The notes below the pieces were generated by a model that did not search any database, was not told where the DNA came from, and saw nothing but the letters and a program-made list of their open reading frames with translations. Below, one piece after another: positions 18,159 to 27,115 of a stretch of DNA of 64,000 nt; positions within the stretch are counted from its first letter, which is position 1; every line of letters starts with the position of its first letter. The translations under genes and the position numbers were made by a program. This DNA is from Patescibacteria group bacterium (lineage in GTDB: Bacteria; Patescibacteriota; Patescibacteriia; UBA1558; UBA10009), in the NCBI GenBank assembly GCA_041662565.1, contig JBAZSE010000001.1, positions 257,084 through 321,083 on the forward strand, given 5' to 3'.

Positions 18159-18431
18159 ATGAAAATGAGAGCAGAGCGACAGCGGAAAAAGAAAGACGAA
18201 GAAGATCTTCTTTCTTTGCTACCCCCTGGTATGAAGGGGTTGGGTTCGTCGGGCACGTTGGTCCAAAAAACAGTCAAGGCCTATTTTGTGGGCATTGGCA
18301 CTCGTGACGTGCCTGATATATTCGTTATTGACAAAGAAACGGTGAGATTACCCGGAGGGGTGATTACGGGTAATCGTAATGATAAGAAGATGATTGATGG
18401 CTGTATTATGAACTCATCGCCAAGTGGTTAG
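18159..18431 (+). CDS. Small hypothetical protein (90 aa)
   Basis: GGAG SD; promoter repeat upstream and terminator GCCCG...CGGGTCTTTTTTT downstream. Confidence 0.6.
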   Translation: MKMRAERQRKKKDEEDLLSLLPPGMKGLGSSGTLVQKTVKAYFVGIGTRDVPDIFVIDKETVRLPGGVITGNRNDKKMIDGCIMNSSPSG

Positions 18432-18494
18432 CGGCTGTTACTCTCATTGATTTTTTGGCCCGTTGGAGCATCTGCTCACGGGTCTTTTTTTTGA

Positions 18495-18562
18495 CGGTTA
18501 TCAACTTGACCATTTTTAAAACTTAAGATAAGTTAATAAACAGCGTTAAGGTAACGCTGTTT
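18495..18562 (+). repeat. Promoter+hairpin repeat, copy 2
   Basis: Same layout as copy 1; hairpin AAACAGCGTTA-AGG-TAACGCTGTTT. Confidence 0.9.
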
Positions 18563-18605
18563 ATTTGAACACATTCACACACAGGTCTAACAATGGAGAT
18601 GCATC

Positions 18606-18800
18606 ATGCATCATCAGGGAAAGGTCGAGCAGAATGGAACATTAAAAGTTAATGTTCCTGGACATGGGGACGTTGAAGTTTCCAAGGATTATTTGACCGA
18701 AGGTGGTCGTACAGTTCAGGTGCCCGAAAGACTTTTGTCAGAAGGAGGAAAGGGCTATAGAAATGTACCTTATGTGGCGCCACCGAGGCATAAGCGATAA
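18606..18800 (+). CDS. Small hypothetical protein (64 aa) with an internal repeat
   Basis: GGAG SD; VEVSKDYLTEGG / VQVPERLLSEGG repeat; terminator GCCCG...CGGGCTCTTTTTTTT. Confidence 0.6.
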   Translation: MHHQGKVEQNGTLKVNVPGHGDVEVSKDYLTEGGRTVQVPERLLSEGGKGYRNVPYVAPPRHKR

Positions 18801-19140
18801 ATTGCTCGCACCGCTTCTCTGATTTTATCAGCCCGTCTCTCTATTAATTCATTGCCATAAAGCTTTGATTAAGAGTTGCGCGGGCTCTTTTTTTTAAACA
18901 AAAAAGAGACAGTTAATCTCTTTTTAAAATCAATGGCGTGACGCTTAGCGTCACAATCGTCACGCTAAGTGTGGCGGTGTATCATGGTTTGGTACATCGA
19001 AAGTAAGGACATTATAAGGGTTTTTTAGCTTTCTATTCAGGTGGCCTTAGAGGCACTTGGGTCAGGGGAACTAATTAGTGAAATGAAAAAACATTAAGAA
19101 TAGTTCTTTGTAAAAAATAATAAATAATTATACAATAAAA

Positions 19141-19191
19141 AATGCTCTACACTAGGTTATAGTTCCTAAGAACTAACCTGTGTAGAGCATT
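19141..19191 (-). terminator. Long hairpin downstream of the T9SS-tail gene
   Basis: AATGCTCTACAC...GTGTAGAGCATT with an adjacent A-run (U-run on the minus strand). Confidence 0.65.
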
Positions 19192-19199
19192 GGTTGTGT

Positions 19200-20621
19200 T
19201 CACTTAATCAGCGTCACCTTTTGCATGATTGTTGTAGATGACGACGATTGAAGCTGCAAGAAGTAAAATCCAGAGGGCAAATTTTGCCCGTTAATAGTGA
19301 TGTGAAAGTCCCCAGTGGCCGGACCGTTAAACAGTTTGTTCACTTCTCGTCCATAAGGATCAACGAGTAATAAACTCACTTGCTCAAAACCAGGCGGCAC
19401 TGCGTAATGAATGATTGCCGAAGAGTTGAATGGGTTAGGAAATACCTGTAATAGCGTTCCAACTGGAATCAACGGCATAACCTGGGTTGAAAGCTGATCA
19501 ATACCTGTTTTAACAAGCCACATGTTAGCCGAATATAGATCTGTTGGTCCTTTTGAACCGGCTAAGGTATAACTGCCATCAGGATTTTCTATCAAACTGC
19601 GGCACTCTTCATATTCTTCGGTACCATATGTTTTAGACCAAAGAATATTGCCTCTTGAACCAGTTCGTATTAGCCAGAAGTCTTTATTATTAGCACCAAA
19701 AGATGTCGTGTTTCCGGCTAAAACAAATCCGCCGTCAGGCATTTCAATAATGGAATTGCAGTCATTGTTGCCATTATTTTCATAAAGGCATGATAATAAA
19801 CTGTCGCCGTTTTCATTAATCAGCAACAGCCAAGCATCCCAATTATCCGGATTATGAGAATAGGCAGACCCAACTAAAGCAATTCTGCCATCAGTTGTAA
19901 GAATAGCAGATTCGCAAAAATTATGGCCGCCAATTTCGTAAGTACGGGACCAGATTGAATCGCCATCGGCGTTGATTTTGATCGCCCAGCAATCGCTTCC
20001 ATAGTTCCCGGCTAAAACGAATCCGCCGTCAGGCATTTCAATAATGGAATTACACTTGTCAGACCATAATCCGCCATACGTACGGGACCAGATTGAATCG
20101 CCATCGGCGTTGATTTTGATTATCCACCAATCTATGTCGCCAGCGCCAAAAGACATTGTACTGCCGATTAACATAAAACCGTCATCAGCAGTTTGAATAA
20201 TCGATCGGCAATACTCATGGCTTGCCCCGCCATAAAAGCGGGAATAGATGACGTCACCATCGGAATTGATTTTAGTAAATTTAAAATCTAAACCGAAGAC
20301 GTCAGGCTTCATTGCATCGCCAGCAAAGGCGAATCCGCCATGACATTGGATAAGAGAATTACAGTCTGCAATGAATCCTTCATAAGCGCGTGACCAAACA
20401 GAATCACCACGCTCATTTGTGCGAATTAGCCAAGGACATTCTCCTTGCCCAAAAGATGCAGTAACGCCTCCTAACAAGTATCCCTCGTCAGATCGCAGAG
20501 CAGTCCGACATTGTTCAGTGTGATTTCCGTATTGGTGGCTCCAAACGGTATCAGGTTGCGCCAAACAAGTACTGACAAAAATAGCCAATACAAGCGCGTA
20601 AAGTGAGATCTTTCTAAACAT
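19200..20621 (-). CDS. Secreted beta-propeller repeat protein with a C-terminal T9SS/Por type A sorting domain
   Basis: Signal peptide; repeated D-x-W-x-I-K-x-N-x-x-GD-x-x-W-S-x-TYG blades; C-terminal VFPNPFN...LPSGFYFLQL...KVTLIK. Confidence 0.85.
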   Translation of the reverse strand: MFRKISLYALVLAIFVSTCLAQPDTVWSHQYGNHTEQCRTALRSDEGYLLGGVTASFGQGECPWLIRTNERGDSVWSRAYEGFIADCNSLIQCHGGFAFAGDAMKPDVFGLDFKFTKINSDGDVIYSRFYGGASHEYCRSIIQTADDGFMLIGSTMSFGAGDIDWWIIKINADGDSIWSRTYGGLWSDKCNSIIEMPDGGFVLAGNYGSDCWAIKINADGDSIWSRTYEIGGHNFCESAILTTDGRIALVGSAYSHNPDNWDAWLLLINENGDSLLSCLYENNGNNDCNSIIEMPDGGFVLAGNTTSFGANNKDFWLIRTGSRGNILWSKTYGTEEYEECRSLIENPDGSYTLAGSKGPTDLYSANMWLVKTGIDQLSTQVMPLIPVGTLLQVFPNPFNSSAIIHYAVPPGFEQVSLLLVDPYGREVNKLFNGPATGDFHITINGQNLPSGFYFLQLQSSSSTTIMQKVTLIK

Positions 20622-20773
20622 CTCAAACCCTTCTTTCTTGAATTTTAAGGTACCTTTTAGGTAAAATTACAATAAATTAACTAAAATGTAAAGCTAAAAT
20701 ATTATATTGGTTATGTTTTAATAAGCAAAAACTGCCTTTCAAAGCAGTTGGATTCATCGATACTTTATTGTAC

Positions 20774-20863
20774 TGGCGGAGAGGCAGGGATTTGAACCCT
20801 GGAAGGCTTTTACACCTTACTTGCTTTCCAAGCAAGCGCACTAGACCACTATGCGACCTCTCC
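20774..20863 (-). tRNA. tRNA-Ser (GGA)
   Basis: GGAGAGG acceptor, TT-GGA-AA anticodon loop, long variable arm, G73 and CCA. Confidence 0.95.
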
Positions 20864-20868
20864 ACGTG

Positions 20869-20906
20869 TTTCGCCCTAGCCAGCCGAGAAGGGCTGGCGA
20901 AGGCGG
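20869..20906. repeat. GC-rich palindromic repeat upstream of tRNA-Ser
   Basis: TTCGCC...GCCAGCC...GGCTGGCGAAGGCGG hairpin. Confidence 0.5.
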
Positions 20907-21010
20907 ATAATTTAGAGTAATATACTATATTTTCCAATTTAAATCAAGCAATGACTACCCATGCAAAATATGGTATAATATGAATAATTATTAATTTAAG
21001 CTTAAAATAT

Positions 21011-22138
21011 ATGAAGAATTTGTTTAAGTTAGCAGTCTTTAGTTTAATTTTAGCTATGCCTATAATATCTTTGGCAGCGGAATTTAGGGCTGGTGATACA
21101 CCTTCAATAGGCAGAGACGAAGCTATTACCAACGATGTTTATATGGGCGGTGGTAATGTTACCAGCGCCGGGAGCATCAGCGGCGATCTTATTACCGGAG
21201 GCGGTAACATTGTTATTAGCGGTGATGTTGGTGCTGATATTATTGTTGCAGGTAATAATATAAGTATATTGTCAAATATCGGTGATGATGTGCGGGCTGT
21301 TGGTAACACCGTTATTATTACAGGTCATGTAGAGGGAGATTTGTTGGCTGGTGGCGGGCAAATAGTTGTGAGCGGAGTCGGTGTGGGTGGGGATGTGGTT
21401 ATCGGCGGGGGCAATATTCGGCTGGATGCGCCGGTATCAGGAAATCTTTTGATTGGCGGTGGAACTGTTTATATTAATTCTGCGATAGGCGGTAATGTAA
21501 AAATAGACGCGGAAAAAATCACTTTTGGGAAAAATGCCGTTATTTCCGGTAATGTAACTTACAAGTCCATTAAGGAGATGGTTAAAGAAGATGGGGTAAC
21601 AATTAAGGGTTCTGTTGATTTTAAATTAAGAGAAAAGAAAACTGTTTCTCATCAAGCGCTGTTGGGGATTTTTTCCGCTTTTATGTTATGGAAATTTTTA
21701 GCGCTGTTGGCCTGTTCATTGGTTATTGGGCTATCATTTAAGCGTTATAGTAAGGAAATTGTTGCTTTAGCTGTTAAGAAGCCGTGGCTAGAGCTTGGTA
21801 GGGGCCTGATTGTTATGATAGTTACGCCAATTATCTCCATCATGCTTTTATTTACCTTAGTGGGAATTCCATTCGGCATACTTGGTTTGTTGGCTTATGT
21901 TATTATGATGATGTTTGCTTGGATGATAGCGCCGATAATTTTGGGGAGCGTTGTTTACGGTTACTTTGCCAAAAAAGAATTTATTGTTTCTTGGAAAACC
22001 ATTCTTTTGGGAACATTAATTTTTGTGCTTTTGGGGTTGGTGCCGTTTATCGGCTGTTTTGCTCAAGCATTACTGATGTTTATTACTCTTGGTGCCATCA
22101 TTGCTCTTAAATTACACGTTATCAAAGATTGGAGATAA
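21011..22138 (+). CDS. Bactofilin-like beta-helix repeat protein with a C-terminal multi-TM domain
   Basis: Repeated GG-x-I-x-I-x-G-x-V-x-GD units followed by about 5 TM helices. Confidence 0.8.
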   Translation: MKNLFKLAVFSLILAMPIISLAAEFRAGDTPSIGRDEAITNDVYMGGGNVTSAGSISGDLITGGGNIVISGDVGADIIVAGNNISILSNIGDDVRAVGNTVIITGHVEGDLLAGGGQIVVSGVGVGGDVVIGGGNIRLDAPVSGNLLIGGGTVYINSAIGGNVKIDAEKITFGKNAVISGNVTYKSIKEMVKEDGVTIKGSVDFKLREKKTVSHQALLGIFSAFMLWKFLALLACSLVIGLSFKRYSKEIVALAVKKPWLELGRGLIVMIVTPIISIMLLFTLVGIPFGILGLLAYVIMMMFAWMIAPIILGSVVYGYFAKKEFIVSWKTILLGTLIFVLLGLVPFIGCFAQALLMFITLGAIIALKLHVIKDWR

Positions 22139-22150
22139 AAAATTGTTATA

Positions 22151-22192
22151 AAAAGAGCCCCGACGTTTGCTACGCAAAGTCGGGGCTCTTTT
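22151..22192. terminator. Bidirectional terminator
   Basis: AAAGAGCCCCGAC...GTCGGGGCTCTTTT between convergent genes. Confidence 0.8.
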
Positions 22193-22201
22193 AAATTTAA
22201 T

Positions 22202-22873
22202 TTAAACTTTTAAACTAAACGGATTAAAGTTAGTTTCCTTGTCGTAGTAATCTTCCTGTTCCGATTTTTTAAGGTAGCCAACAACTTTGTAAGTCAGGGG
22301 AGTTAATAAAACTTCCACACCGCATTTAAAGATGTAGTTGGAAAAAATAATAGTAATCAATAGTTCGGTGGGTAAAATTCCCCAAAAAGCAATCAGGCAA
22401 AATAAAATCGTGTCTAATCCTTCACCAATCAAGGTGGAGCCAATGGTTCTAAGCCACAACCATTTGCCGGCAGTGGCAATTTTTAATTTTGCCAAAGTAA
22501 AAGAGTTGGCAAATTCGCCGGCAAAGTAAGCAATTAAACTGGCTAAAACCAATCTAGGAGTTAAGCCCAAAATGGCTTGATAAGCGCTTTGGTTTTCCCA
22601 ACCCTCGGCCGCCGGTAGCCAACCCACAATCATTAACACAGCCGACATTAACAGGGCGCTAAAAAACCCGAGCCAAATAACTCTACGTGATTTTTTGTAG
22701 CCGTAAACTTCGGTTAAAATATCGCCAAAAATGTAGGCCAGCGGGAAAAGCAAAGTTCCGCCATCAAAGCTAAACAATCCAAGATTTAAAATCTTAGTAG
22801 AAGCAATGTTGGAAATTAACAACACGGCCACAAACAGTCCTAAAATAATATCAAAATGTTTATAATTTTTCAT
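22202..22873 (-). CDS. yhhQ: Queuosine precursor transporter (VUT/YhhQ family)
   Basis: GTLLFP-x-x-Y-x-x-GDILTEVYG, PR-x-x-x-ASL-x-AY and R-x-x-GST-x-x-GE-x-x-DT motifs. Confidence 0.92.
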   Translation of the reverse strand: MKNYKHFDIILGLFVAVLLISNIASTKILNLGLFSFDGGTLLFPLAYIFGDILTEVYGYKKSRRVIWLGFFSALLMSAVLMIVGWLPAAEGWENQSAYQAILGLTPRLVLASLIAYFAGEFANSFTLAKLKIATAGKWLWLRTIGSTLIGEGLDTILFCLIAFWGILPTELLITIIFSNYIFKCGVEVLLTPLTYKVVGYLKKSEQEDYYDKETNFNPFSLKV

Positions 22874-22892
22874 AATGACAATGTTATTGTTC

Positions 22893-23013
22893 GGGCAAGA
22901 CACAAAAATTTTTTTGTCTGCGGAACTCGTGCCCTCGCTGCTGCCCGGCTTTGCCGGTCATAGCTCGGTCACTCAAACAAGTCCTCGTCTGCAAAAATTC
23001 TTATGTCTTGCCC
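22893..23013. repeat. MITE/REP-like hairpin element
   Basis: Terminal inverted repeats GGGCAAGACA...TGTCTTGCCC around an AACTCG...CTCAAACA core. Confidence 0.7.
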
Positions 23014-23110
23014 TCATTAAATAATAATAAGTATTCATTAATATACAACATAGGGTTAATTTTCGCAATATTTGCTAAAACCCTTGATTTTGCTATGATA
23101 CCAAAGCCAT

Positions 23111-24871
23111 ATGCCCAGTGATGTAGAAGATATAAAAAATCGTTTGGATTTGGGGGATTTAATTGGCGAATACGTTAAGTTAACTCCGGCCGGTGTTAAC
23201 TTTAAGGCCAATTGCCCTTTCCATAACGAAAAAACCGCCTCTTTTATTGTTAGCCCAGATAAGCAAATCTGGCATTGTTTTGGTTGCGGCAAAGGCGGGG
23301 ATCATTTTAGTTTTATTCAACAATTAGAGGGCTTGGAATTTCCCGAGGCCTTGCGAGTTTTGGCGGCACGGGCCGGTGTTAAGTTGGAATATCGTAATCC
23401 CGAACAGCATAACCACAAAACCCGTTTGTTGGATTTAAATAAAGCCATTATGGAGCATTGGCAGAATTTACTGGCCAAAGATCCTTCTGCCCAGTTAGCC
23501 AGAGATTATTTACAGCAAAGGCAATTAAAAGAAGAAACCATCAAGCAATTTTGTTTGGGTTATGGTTTGGAGGCCTGGGATAGCGCTGTTAAGTTTTTGC
23601 AAAGCAAGGGTTTTACTTTAAAAGAAATGGCTGATGCCGGTATTACCGTAGTAGGAGAAAAAGGCCGGCCCTATGATAGGTTCAGGGGGCGCTTGATTTT
23701 TCCCATCAGAGACGTGCACGGCAATGTAGTTGGTTTTACCGCCCGCAAACTTAAAGAAGAAGATCACGGCGGCAAATACGTAAATTCTCCGCAAACCGAA
23801 ATTTACAACAAAAGCCAGATTTTATATAACTTGGATTTAGCCAAAACCGAAATCAAGCGATTAAATTACGCCATTTTGGTAGAAGGCAATATGGATGCCA
23901 TTGCTTGTTATCAAGCAGGCACCAAAAACGCCGTGGCAATTTCGGGCACGGCATTAACGCCCGAACAGATAAAATTATTAAAACGCTACACCCAAAATGT
24001 GATGATTGCTTTTGATGCCGACCCGGCCGGAGTTCAAGCCAATTTACGGGGCATTGATTTGGCTTGGCAAGCAGGTCTTAATGTTAAAGTTATCAGCATG
24101 ATTTCCGGCAAAGATCCCGATGAATTGATTAGGGAAAATCCTGATAAATGGCGCGAATCGGTAAAAGGCGCTTACAATTTTATGGATTACGCTTTTGTGG
24201 CGATTTTGCAGGGTTTGGATCTTGCCCGAGTGGACCATAAAAAAACAGCGGCCAAAAAAATCCTACCTTTAATTAGAAATTTGGGCGATGAAGTGGAAAA
24301 ATCCCATTATTTAAGGAAACTAGCCGATATTTTAGGGGTTAATGAAGAATCTTTGGCTAATACCTTATCAGCCATTAAAGTGGCGCCAAGTTTACAGCCA
24401 ATTAAAGAAAAAACCCGCCAAAGCGAAGAAATCGACCATAATCGCACTTTAGCCGAGCATTTACTGGCATTATTGGTTAAATTTCCCCATCAGCTTAAAG
24501 AAGTTGCTCAACATCTGGAGCCGGCCATGCTCAATTATCAGCCGGCCGCGCGCCTTTACACGGAACTGATAATACATTATAATAAGAATCATCATTTGCC
24601 CGAAACGGAGTTATTAAAAGATTTTGACTCCGAACAGCCGGGTTATCTGGATCAGCTGTTTTTATTGGTTGGTGAAGAATTTATCAATCCAACGCCTGAT
24701 TTGCTTAATCATGAAATTTTAAGCGCTGTTAAACGCTTAAAAGATAATCATATTCGCGCTCGACTTCAACACATTGCTTGGGCGTTAAAACAAGCCGAAC
24801 AAGCCGGCCAAACAGATGAGGTCAGCAGATTAATCCAAGAATCAACCAATTTGTCTCGCCAGCTAAAATAA
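23111..24871 (+). CDS. dnaG: DNA primase
   Basis: CPFH...CFGC zinc finger, KYVNSPQT, VEG-x-MD and FDAD-x-AG motifs. Confidence 0.98.
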   Translation: MPSDVEDIKNRLDLGDLIGEYVKLTPAGVNFKANCPFHNEKTASFIVSPDKQIWHCFGCGKGGDHFSFIQQLEGLEFPEALRVLAARAGVKLEYRNPEQHNHKTRLLDLNKAIMEHWQNLLAKDPSAQLARDYLQQRQLKEETIKQFCLGYGLEAWDSAVKFLQSKGFTLKEMADAGITVVGEKGRPYDRFRGRLIFPIRDVHGNVVGFTARKLKEEDHGGKYVNSPQTEIYNKSQILYNLDLAKTEIKRLNYAILVEGNMDAIACYQAGTKNAVAISGTALTPEQIKLLKRYTQNVMIAFDADPAGVQANLRGIDLAWQAGLNVKVISMISGKDPDELIRENPDKWRESVKGAYNFMDYAFVAILQGLDLARVDHKKTAAKKILPLIRNLGDEVEKSHYLRKLADILGVNEESLANTLSAIKVAPSLQPIKEKTRQSEEIDHNRTLAEHLLALLVKFPHQLKEVAQHLEPAMLNYQPAARLYTELIIHYNKNHHLPETELLKDFDSEQPGYLDQLFLLVGEEFINPTPDLLNHEILSAVKRLKDNHIRARLQHIAWALKQAEQAGQTDEVSRLIQESTNLSRQLK

Positions 24872-24903
24872 ATATTTTTTTAAATTATTTTCTTTAATTT
24901 TCC

Positions 24904-26289
24904 ATGGCTACTAAAAAAAATACTTCTTCCTCAAAGCTTAAAGAGCAAAAGGGGAAAAGCAAAAAAAACGCCGGTAAAAAAGTTTTTAAAAAAAAGGCCA
25001 AAACAATAAAGGCCAAAGCCAAGCCGGCTAAAAAGGCGGATAAAAAAAAGCCCGCGATTTTTAAATCCAAAAAAGCCAAACAACGCATCATTAAAGCCAA
25101 GCCATTTAAAAAACATTACCGCCTGCCGGAAGTTAAGCATAAAAATGTTCAACCCCAGCAGGATGAAACCACAGTTAAGGGCTTGGATTTGGCAGTTGTT
25201 AGGGCCTTGGAAGAAAAAGGCCGTTTTAGAAGTTTTATTACCGAAGAAGAAGTGCTGTATGTTTTTACCGAAGCTGAAGAATATCTGGATCAGTTAGAAG
25301 AATTTTTAGATCGTTTAAACGAAGCCGGCATTCAAATGGTTTCGCGCGAAGGCGGATTTTTGGGTGAAACGGAAAATATTCCCGTAACTCCGGCCAGCAA
25401 AAAAAAGACCCACGAACTTTCGGCTAAGGAATTGTTGGAACTGCAAAAATTGGATCTAACCGATATTTCTTCCGATTCCATTCAGATGTACCTGCGGGAA
25501 ATCGGCAAGGTTCATTTGCTAACTACCGAAGAAGAAGTGCAATTGGCCAAGCGCAAAGAAAAAGGGGATATGGAAGCCAAGAAAAGGTTGGTTGAAGCCA
25601 ACTTGCGTTTGGTGGTATCCATTGCCAAAAAGTTTACTGGCCGCAGTTTAAGTTTGTTGGATTTAATCCAAGAGGGCAATATTGGCTTATTTAGGGCAGT
25701 AGAAAAATTTGATTATCGCAAAGGTTATAAGTTTTCCACTTACGCTACTTGGTGGATCAGGCAAGCTATTACTCGCGCGCTGGCCGATCAATCTAGAACA
25801 ATCCGCATTCCGGTGCACATGGTAGAAACCATTAATCGTTTCCAACAGGCCGAAAGAAGGTTGATTCAGGATTTAGGCAGAGAGCCAATGCCCGAAGAAA
25901 TTGCCGCGGAAATGGGCGAGGAGCTTGACAAAGTCCGCCAAATCATTAAAATATCACAAGAAACCGTTTCGCTGGAAACATCGGTAGGCGAAGATGACGA
26001 AGATTCCACTTTAGGTGATTTTATAGAGGATGAAAAAACCATTTCACCGGATAAGGTTGCGGCTTTGCAATTGTTAAAAGATCATGTTCAGCAGATTATT
26101 TCTGACCTTACCCCCAGAGAGCAAAAGATTTTGGAAATGCGTTTTGGTCTTTTAGACGGTGTAGCCCATACTTTGGAAGAAGTGGGTCAGGAATTTGGCG
26201 TAACCCGCGAGCGCATTAGGCAAATTGAAGCCAAAGCCCTGGAAAGAATTCAGCATAACACAGGCATGCGTAAATTAAGAGATTATTAA
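24904..26289 (+). CDS. rpoD: Primary sigma factor RpoD with a Lys/Ala-rich N-terminal extension
   Basis: [34 protein letters not shown] and TRERIRQIE motifs. Confidence 0.98.
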   Translation: MATKKNTSSSKLKEQKGKSKKNAGKKVFKKKAKTIKAKAKPAKKADKKKPAIFKSKKAKQRIIKAKPFKKHYRLPEVKHKNVQPQQDETTVKGLDLAVVRALEEKGRFRSFITEEEVLYVFTEAEEYLDQLEEFLDRLNEAGIQMVSREGGFLGETENIPVTPASKKKTHELSAKELLELQKLDLTDISSDSIQMYLREIGKVHLLTTEEEVQLAKRKEKGDMEAKKRLVEANLRLVVSIAKKFTGRSLSLLDLIQEGNIGLFRAVEKFDYRKGYKFSTYATWWIRQAITRALADQSRTIRIPVHMVETINRFQQAERRLIQDLGREPMPEEIAAEMGEELDKVRQIIKISQETVSLETSVGEDDEDSTLGDFIEDEKTISPDKVAALQLLKDHVQQIISDLTPREQKILEMRFGLLDGVAHTLEEVGQEFGVTRERIRQIEAKALERIQHNTGMRKLRDY

Positions 26290-26325
26290 TTTTATAAAAT
26301 TGTTCATTAAATTGTTGATTTAAAA

Positions 26326-26428
26326 ATCGCCGAGCTCGAAAGGGCGAGGCGAAGAGGAAGAAGTTGATTGAAGCCGGAGTGGCTTCGCGATAAGCGGAGG
26401 CACGGAGGCTGAAAGCAACTTTTGACGA
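26326..26428. repeat. GC-rich palindromic element abutting the tRNA-Asn 5' end
   Basis: ATCG...CGAT ends with internal arms AAGTTG/CAACTT and AGCC/GGCT. Confidence 0.55.
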
Positions 26429-26462
26429 TCGGGAGTAGCTCAGTGGTAGAGCAGTTGGCTGT

Positions 26463-27010
26463 GAACACGGTCTTTGCTATAATCAGTTTATGGCTAAAGA
26501 CAAAAGAACCTATCGTGATCGCGCTGAATATCTTAAAAAAGCTGTTGATAAAAGGCGTAAGAGTTTACGTTTAATGGCTGTAAGATATAAAGGCGGCAAG
26601 TGTCAACTTTGCGGATACAAAAAGTGCATTCAAGCATTAGATTTTCATCATTTAGATCCTAAAAAGAAAGATTTTGGAATTTCAGAATCCGGAACAACAA
26701 GATCTTGGATGAAAATTAAAACGGAATTGGATAAATGTCTAATGATTTGTGCTAATTGTCATCGTGAAGTTCATCATGGTAAAACGCAGCTTTTTGCCGT
26801 AAGGCAGATTGAAAAATGAGGTGAACTCGGGGAAGCCTGAAATGGTAATCCCGAGCCAAGCCCTGATCTTGCTTAAGCAAGCGTCGGGGAAGGTGTAGAG
26901 ACTATCCTTAACAGGAGTACCTTGTAATGATTACAAGGGAAGCGCCTCATCTCCTAAAAGTTTTAGGAGAATGATATAGTCCACCCTTTAGAGAAATCTA
27001 GAGACAAGTG
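26463..27010 (+). ncRNA. Group I intron between anticodon positions 35 and 36
   Basis: P GAACTCGGGGAA, Q AATCCCGAGC, R GTAGAGACTA, S ATGATATAGTCC; P3 ATGAGG/CCTCAT; P7 GACTA/TAGTC; IGS GCAGCT (26786-91) pairs with exon GGCTGT giving U35.G; terminal G at 27010. Confidence 0.92.
26490..26819 (+). CDS. Intron-encoded HNH endonuclease
   Basis: CQLCG...LDFHH-x-DP...C-x-x-ICANCHREVH; located in the P1 loop; TGcTATAAT ends 6 nt upstream of the ATG. Confidence 0.9.
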   Translation: MAKDKRTYRDRAEYLKKAVDKRRKSLRLMAVRYKGGKCQLCGYKKCIQALDFHHLDPKKKDFGISESGTTRSWMKIKTELDKCLMICANCHREVHHGKTQLFAVRQIEK

Positions 27011-27045
27011 TAACCAATTGGTCGTGGGTTCGAATCCCTCCTCCC

Positions 27046-27115
27046 GAGCCATTAAAAAACCACCAAAGAAATTTGATGGTTTTTTATTATTCCAAGATTA
27101 ACGATATTGAGGGAT
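27046..27115 (+). repeat. 70-bp direct repeat, copy 1 (tRNA end plus terminator)
   Basis: 67/70 identical to 30092-30161. Confidence 0.9.

Larger units (their letters stand above)
26429..27051 (+). tRNA. tRNA-Asn (GUU) split by an intron; exons 26429-26462 and 27011-27051
   Basis: Spliced sequence TCGGGAG-TA-GCTC...GTTGG-CT-GT|T-AA-CCAAT...GGTTCGAATCC...CTCCCGA-G-CCA (75 nt); U1-A72 and G73 are typical of Asn. Confidence 0.93.

Noticed and set aside
18046-18562. CRISPR array or integron attC sites
   Set aside because: Only two 68-bp copies with a gene-sized spacer, no cas or intI genes, and no RYYYAAC...GTTRRRY attC ends.
19714-20120. Diversity-generating retroelement template/variable repeat pair
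   Set aside because: The repeats are short, in-frame propeller-blade duplications with no adenine-specific mismatch pattern, and no reverse transcriptase is present.
20677-20937. 86-aa ORF on the minus strand
   Set aside because: It overlaps tRNA-Ser and an adjacent palindrome.
22874-23060. preQ1 riboswitch upstream of yhhQ
   Set aside because: No GGTTC..CCC plus AAAAAACTA pattern on the minus strand; the region is a long inverted-repeat element instead.
26429-27051. Primary call of tRNA-Thr(UGU) with a 33/34 intron
   Set aside because: U1-A72 and G73, the long-range guide sequence and P9.0 all favour Asn with a 35/36 site; kept only as a speculative finding.
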